From positions 1 through 30,858 of the IMG/VR virus record IMGVR_UViG_3300020044_006003: a stretch of 30,858 nucleotides of DNA, one strand, 5' to 3'. Shown in pieces: positions 26,561 to 30,858 of this stretch. The notes beneath the pieces were generated by a model, which was not told the DNA's origin, did not search any database, and saw nothing but the letters and a program-made list of their open reading frames with translations. The position numbers and the translations under genes were made by a program. The stretch's first letter is position 1, and the number at the start of each line of letters is the position of its first letter. The stretch comes from a virus. Lineage: Duplodnaviria; Caudoviricetes.

Positions 26561-26806
26561 ATGAAACGCAAGCAACATCCTAAAGTTATTCAAAGAAAGT
26601 TAGGCAGGGAAAAAGCTGATGGTTTGTACTGCGATAATCTGATTGAGATAGATCCAACGTTGCCACCTATGCGGTATCTGATTGTGTTAGTGCATGAATA
26701 CTTGCACCATATACAACCGGAATGGAGTGAGGAGAAGGTGGATGCAGAAGGTGAAGCACTGGGTAGGTTTCTTTGGAAGCAAGGCTATCGCAAGGTGTCA
26801 CAATAA
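26561..26806 (+). CDS. Minimal HExxH zinc metallopeptidase-like protein
   Basis: IEIDPTL...LVHEYLH.....WSEEKV, zincin-like. Confidence 0.65.
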   Translation: MKRKQHPKVIQRKLGREKADGLYCDNLIEIDPTLPPMRYLIVLVHEYLHHIQPEWSEEKVDAEGEALGRFLWKQGYRKVSQ

Positions 26807-26823
26807 TTCGAAGATTTTTGATA

Positions 26824-27237
26824 TCACAAGTTCATAATAAACTTACGATAGGCAGGTTCATCCATTGCAGTGTATTCATCCAATGGTCTGCTCAAATCGT
26901 GTACATGGAATGTTGTAAGGTCATCTGTATGAAGAACAAAGTATGCAGGTACACCTAATGCTTTTGATGCAGTTGTTAATACTTCACGCTGCATACCACT
27001 TCGCTTCCACACATAAGGCTTTGAGTTAATTAAATGTGCTTCATCTTTAAACTTAGCGGTAGTATCTATTAGTGCCACTATACCCCTATCGCTTCTAAAC
27101 TCTACATGGTCTATATCAGTACGGAAGTATTCTGAACCTAATGTATGATGCCACTTAGTGTAATCATCACCATAATGTTTTATGGTACGCACACCATCTT
27201 TTTTTGCAAATATCCAGTCTAATATATCCTGATTCAT
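26824..27237 (-). CDS. Hypothetical protein, possible PD-(D/E)XK nuclease fold
   Basis: TDIDHVEF...VALIDTT...Q...L...LGVPAYFV pattern. Confidence 0.45.
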   Translation of the reverse strand: MNQDILDWIFAKKDGVRTIKHYGDDYTKWHHTLGSEYFRTDIDHVEFRSDRGIVALIDTTAKFKDEAHLINSKPYVWKRSGMQREVLTTASKALGVPAYFVLHTDDLTTFHVHDLSRPLDEYTAMDEPAYRKFIMNL

Positions 27238-27443
27238 AGTTCTAACCCTTCAACTATATCGCACATCTGTTCATATAAGTTGGCTACTGCTTCTGCAGTC
27301 TTTTCATCATACTCATTCCACTTATCAGTTTTGCGCATCAGGTTCATGATGTCGCTTAGCGCATCCTTGTACCGGGCAGCGTTTAGTGTGTACTCATATT
27401 CGTACTGATCATCGGGAAGGTTAAAGGTCAGTGTTGCTTTCAT
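27234..27443 (-). CDS. Small phage protein
   Basis: MKATLTFNLPDDQYEY...; start moved to ATG 27443. Confidence 0.65.
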   Translation of the reverse strand: MKATLTFNLPDDQYEYEYTLNAARYKDALSDIMNLMRKTDKWNEYDEKTAEAVANLYEQMCDIVEGLEL

Positions 27444-27651
27444 CTTGTATTGTTGCGTTTGGTAATCCTGCTTTGCAATCTGTGTAGCCATCGTTGTAGG
27501 CATCATGGATATTTATCATTTCATTTTGCTGTGCAATGTTAAGGAATGCATCCAGTTCTACCCATGAGATATGGACTGCTGCACCTTGAAATCGTCTACG
27601 CAGTGTTTTGCTTAGTTTGCGGATTGCTGTTTCTTTCTTTTGTTCACTCAT
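27421..27651 (-). CDS. Hypothetical protein
   Basis: 76 aa with an IHDAYNDG motif; part of the coupled operon. Confidence 0.6.
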   Translation of the reverse strand: MSEQKKETAIRKLSKTLRRRFQGAAVHISWVELDAFLNIAQQNEMINIHDAYNDGYTDCKAGLPNATIQDESNTDL

Positions 27652-27818
27652 AAATATTTGATTTCTTTAGTTAGTGTGTACAGTTCTTTGTTGACTGATT
27701 TTATTTTGTGATGCAGGTTATCTTTAAGGTAGGTAGTCTTAGCCTTTGCAAACATGGTGAGTAGGTTAATTCGTTCTACTCTCAGTTCGTCTACCGATCG
27801 TAGCTTCTTTTGTCCCAT
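27648..27818 (-). CDS. Hypothetical protein (56 aa)
   Basis: Not in the track: MGQKKLRSVDELRVERINLL...KEIKYL. ATGA overlap with the next gene. Confidence 0.6.
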   Translation of the reverse strand: MGQKKLRSVDELRVERINLLTMFAKAKTTYLKDNLHHKIKSVNKELYTLTKEIKYL

Positions 27819-28059
27819 TCAATTTTAGTATTTCGTTTTTCACGTGTTGATAGTAGGCAAGTACAGAGTAGTATTCACCTGTTCCATCAAAGTCTTGCAT
27901 CACATCGGTAGGTGCATTGCTCATAGCTTCCATTACGCAATAGAGTGCAGCATTGATAGCGCGAAGGTGTGTATGTACTAACTCACCTGATTGCTCATTA
28001 GCTTCAATGATATCAAAATAGTTCGAGTACAGTTGCCATGCCTTTTCCTTTGCTTTCAT
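27766..28059 (-). CDS. Hypothetical protein
   Basis: MKAKEKAWQL...AALYCVMEA...YYQHVKNEI. Confidence 0.65.
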   Translation of the reverse strand: MKAKEKAWQLYSNYFDIIEANEQSGELVHTHLRAINAALYCVMEAMSNAPTDVMQDFDGTGEYYSVLAYYQHVKNEILKLNGTKEATIGRRTESRTN

Positions 28060-28153
28060 CTTTGAGTTTGTTTAGTAGTTCTATAACCTGGTCTTTGTTG
28101 TAGTAGTGCTGCATTGAATTGCGCACGTGGTCTTTGAGTTGGTCGATGGTCAT
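28013..28153 (-). CDS. Hypothetical protein (46 aa)
   Basis: Not in the track: MTIDQLKDHVRNSMQHYYNKDQVIELLNKL... ATGA-coupled. Confidence 0.55.
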   Translation of the reverse strand: MTIDQLKDHVRNSMQHYYNKDQVIELLNKLKDESKGKGMATVLELF

Positions 28154-28302
28154 TTATTACCTCCATTTTCTAAAAAAATATACATCTCATTTGCTAATTC
28201 CATGACATCATAATATGTCATACGACCTGATGCACATTGTGCTGTTACTATTTCAGTTGCCATTTGCAGTGCCCTTTGTCTGTTATTTATCTGTTCGCTC
28301 AT
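28150..28302 (-). CDS. Hypothetical protein (50 aa)
   Basis: Not in the track: MSEQINNRQRALQMATEIV...LENGGNK. ATGA overlaps at both ends. Confidence 0.6.
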   Translation of the reverse strand: MSEQINNRQRALQMATEIVTAQCASGRMTYYDVMELANEMYIFLENGGNK

Positions 28303-28547
28303 TGTTCTGTAAAATTTGGAAGGTTTTTTCCCGTTGAATAAAAATATAATTGGTTCAACTCATCCATGTATTTGACATATTTATACATTGAAAATAAATG
28401 ACCACCTTCTTGTTTATGCCTAAGGACAGCTCTCGGAGTCCATCCAAACTCAAACCCGATGTTATCATACCAATATACTCTATCGGTTTCTGATGCTCTA
28501 AATCCGTAATCAAGAAGGGTTGCTTTGTTAATTGGTATTCTACTCAT
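28299..28547 (-). CDS. Hypothetical protein
   Basis: IPINKATLLDYGF...KYMDELNQLYFYSTGKNL; start moved to the coupled ATG at 28547. Confidence 0.65.
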   Translation of the reverse strand: MSRIPINKATLLDYGFRASETDRVYWYDNIGFEFGWTPRAVLRHKQEGGHLFSMYKYVKYMDELNQLYFYSTGKNLPNFTEQ

Positions 28548-28726
28548 AGTGCTTTGCATTTAGGTGCTTTATAACTTAAAGATTCGGGTTTTCCGAAATA
28601 GTAGTATACTTGTCGTATTGTCCTATCATTAGAACGCAATCTTATCAAACCACATATTTGGCATTCAGACTTTCCATCATTGTGGTGATATTCCAATTGA
28701 TGAGGATTAGCCCATTTGTGTCTCAT
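28544..28726 (-). CDS. Small zinc-ribbon-like protein
   Basis: 60 aa with HKW...CQICG...C; coupled. Confidence 0.55.
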   Translation of the reverse strand: MRHKWANPHQLEYHHNDGKSECQICGLIRLRSNDRTIRQVYYYFGKPESLSYKAPKCKAL

Positions 28727-29493
28727 AGTGCTAAGGTATTAAGGTATTCGCGCCACATTGGTACACGCTCCTGAAGCTTTGCGATTGCTTCCGCATCAAA
28801 CTCAACAACCTTCTCATGTATGCGTTCAGCAATGGGTATATCAAATGCCCATTCATCACGTGGTGTTTCAAGGTTAGCATCCGGGTATTCGCGCATAAAT
28901 CGTGGCATATCATAAATCATATTACGTTCAATGCTCTGTGCCTTCTTTAAGAATACAGGGTCGCCTTGCGGATCAATAAGATTTAACCTGCGAGATAGTC
29001 GGTACTTCTCATCATTAATCATTTCAATTGGTGCGCTAACAAGTACATAGCAGAATGTTGCACGTGGTGCGCCTGTTAGCCAACAATACGCCTGACCTTG
29101 CCAGTAGTATTCTTTACTGATATCATTCTGCTTCGCATCCATAAAGGTGTGTATGTCCCAACTTGATTTGATATCCGGTACGTTCACCACTAATCCTGTT
29201 TCATCATCTTTGATAAGCAAATCAGGTGTGCCTTTGATATACTCATTAGTAAACATCTCTTCATTCTTAAAGACTATTTCACCGCGATGTCTACGCCACA
29301 TATCTATGGCATCATTCTCAACTGCTAAACCTTTCTCGATATACTTATTGGATATCTCTTTATAGCGGTTGTACTTCTGCTGTATGTAGACTTCCAGTAG
29401 TGCGCTCTTAGTCGTTTCGGATAGACCTGATTTGGTACGTGCATCGGTCATTAGCTTACCAAGCTGCGATGCTCTAAATAGTGTGTTGTTCAT
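28723..29493 (-). CDS. YqaJ/lambda-exonuclease-like recombination nuclease
   Basis: FRASQLGKLM, KGLAVE, GTPD, DIKSS and YYWQGQAY motifs. Start moved to ATG 29493. Confidence 0.85.
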   Translation of the reverse strand: MNNTLFRASQLGKLMTDARTKSGLSETTKSALLEVYIQQKYNRYKEISNKYIEKGLAVENDAIDMWRRHRGEIVFKNEEMFTNEYIKGTPDLLIKDDETGLVVNVPDIKSSWDIHTFMDAKQNDISKEYYWQGQAYCWLTGAPRATFCYVLVSAPIEMINDEKYRLSRRLNLIDPQGDPVFLKKAQSIERNMIYDMPRFMREYPDANLETPRDEWAFDIPIAERIHEKVVEFDAEAIAKLQERVPMWREYLNTLAL

Positions 29494-29564
29494 GTGTGTG
29501 TTATTGATGGGGTAAAAATAGTACATAGGGATATACTGTCCCCATGTACTACAAATTTTAACAT

Positions 29565-30230
29565 TTATTCGATACCATACATGGCTTTCTTTTCCTGTAG
29601 TTCCTGCCCAACTTCCGCTAATACTTCAGGACTGCAAGCCTTCATGATTTTACTTAGCTGCTGGATGTCTGTTGCCTGTTGGATCAATTCGCGTACATAC
29701 GCTACATCCTGTTCATGTCCACGACCTAATGCACCTTTTAACTTGAAAGGCTTATACGTATCCTTATTCCGCCTATTTAGATCACGTCCGAACACCTTAC
29801 CAAACGATAGTGCAGCGTTTTTTAAGCACTCTGCTTTGAGTTTAGGAAAGGCAAGGTCTAATGCATTGGCTTTTTTGTTATCGGGGTTTAATGCCCATCT
29901 ATTACGGTCACTGCCTGTGACGTTATCAGGTACTTTATCTACCATTATGATAACTGAAGCAGCACCTGTTCTCCTTAATTCGTATCCGGAAATAGGATGA
30001 ATTACTACCAATTCTATTGATGCCTGTACTTCATTGGCAATAACTGCCCATTTGAAGTTCTCTGTTTTCCATTGACCAAAGAATAATTCATCTAAGGTCA
30101 TTTCGACGTGGCTAACTACCAGTGTACGTGCTTTCTTATCCGGTGTGGATTCGATGCCTAATTCATCAGGCTCTGCATTTAGCATCTGCTGAAATTTCTG
30201 CAGTGCTTCTAAGTTGTCTTTGTGGAACAT
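29565..30230 (-). CDS. Sak/Rad52-like single-strand annealing protein
   Basis: VEMTLDELFFGQW and AECLKNAALSFGKVFGRDLNR; adjacent to the exonuclease. Confidence 0.7.
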   Translation of the reverse strand: MFHKDNLEALQKFQQMLNAEPDELGIESTPDKKARTLVVSHVEMTLDELFFGQWKTENFKWAVIANEVQASIELVVIHPISGYELRRTGAASVIIMVDKVPDNVTGSDRNRWALNPDNKKANALDLAFPKLKAECLKNAALSFGKVFGRDLNRRNKDTYKPFKLKGALGRGHEQDVAYVRELIQQATDIQQLSKIMKACSPEVLAEVGQELQEKKAMYGIE

Positions 30231-30248
30231 AGTGTATTGTGTTATTGA

Positions 30249-30353
30249 TTAGTACTTAGAAAGGCAATCGTTTATCTCTTGGCAGTAGCTAAGGATTGCG
30301 AAAATAATAATAGCTGCGATAACGTAGCGGATGATAGTGCTTGTATTTTTCAT
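30249..30353 (-). CDS. Small membrane peptide (34 aa)
   Basis: MKNTSTIIRYVIAAIIIFAILSYCQEINDCLSKY; first gene after the promoter. Confidence 0.6.
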   Translation of the reverse strand: MKNTSTIIRYVIAAIIIFAILSYCQEINDCLSKY

Positions 30354-30377
30354 GTGATTAAGTGTTATTGATATTGA

Positions 30378-30407
30378 CAAATGTAATGTAAATAGTTACA
30401 TAACAAT
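30378..30407 (-). promoter_or_regulatory. Early promoter of the recombination operon
   Basis: TACATTTG -7 box (30385-30378), with TTG about 18 nt upstream. Confidence 0.6.
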
Positions 30408-30497
30408 GTTAAAATTTGTTAAAATTCAGTAATGACAATGGTTACATGGGGTCAATTAGTCCCTATATAAGCACAAATATTTGAAGATTTGTGACAC

Positions 30498-30858
30498 CTA
30501 TGCCCACGAATAGCTGCCGTAATTCGGGAAAAGTTCGAAATACATCCGCATCATTATGGCATCTGCATAGTCTGGACTCTTACCGTGCATCCGGGCAATC
30601 TCATCTTTACTGATCACGGCTAACTTTCCATCTGCTTCAGGTTGCCTACGTCTAATCATGTCCAGTTCTTGAATGATCACATCACGGAAGCGATCAACTT
30701 TAAACACAACCTTGTTCTGTTCGATGAGTTCGGCCAACTTGAAGTAGCATTCTGCTTTTTGGTTGGTGTACCGGTCAGGCATTTTTGCTCTACCTCCATT
30801 GAGAAAACCACGGCACTTTAAAGTATCTACTACCCCACCTCCAACACCATCTTCATCA
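30498..30858 (-). CDS. terL: Terminase large subunit, C-terminal nuclease domain (partial)
   Basis: The frame is open to the right edge: DEDGVGGGVVD...N.KAECY...SKDEI....GKSPDYADA RNase H-like motifs. Confidence 0.85.
   Translation of the reverse strand, partial: DEDGVGGGVVDTLKCRGFLNGGRAKMPDRYTNQKAECYFKLAELIEQNKVVFKVDRFRDVIIQELDMIRRRQPEADGKLAVISKDEIARMHGKSPDYADAIMMRMYFELFPNYGSYSWA

Noticed and set aside
75-30000. Many opposite-strand or alternate-frame ORFs in the track (e.g. 75-314, 440-655, 2440-2742, 4023-4532, 16789-17160, 22826-23164, 24362-24631, 29494-30000)
   Set aside because: They are shadows of well-supported genes, with no motifs and no start context.
1-30858. Integrase, att sites, tRNA genes, or stop-codon reassignment
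   Set aside because: None seen. Genes are full length under the standard code. Lifestyle cannot be determined because the window is incomplete.

Overview
This window is most of a tailed dsDNA phage genome, probably a siphovirus infecting Bacteroidota. The host call rests on TTTG-N19-TAnnTTTG promoters, A-rich translation starts without Shine-Dalgarno sites, and a DUF6291-type initiator. Minus-strand early modules lie at both ends. The left end has a replication initiator with internal iterons, an SNF2 helicase-DNA methyltransferase fusion, a VRR-NUC nuclease and an HTH protein. The right end has a Sak/Rad52-like annealase, a YqaJ-like exonuclease and the TerL C-terminus. Between them is a plus-strand late region: ECF-like sigma factor, TerS-like protein, frameshifted tail chaperone, tail and fibre genes, tape measure, protease, scaffold, capsid, tail tube, portal, connector, M15 endolysin and a metallophosphoesterase. 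No integrase is visible. The most notable signals are non-coding. (i) Two covarying structured leader RNAs each carry a different 9-nt guide paired to its own upstream target, resembling P1 C4 / P4 CI. (ii) Three terminator-proximal segments are complementary to the translation starts of the phage's own early genes. (iii) A candidate late promoter is interlocked with the promoter of an unannotated ribbon-helix-helix gene. All protein calls come from motif recognition by eye, not from database searches.
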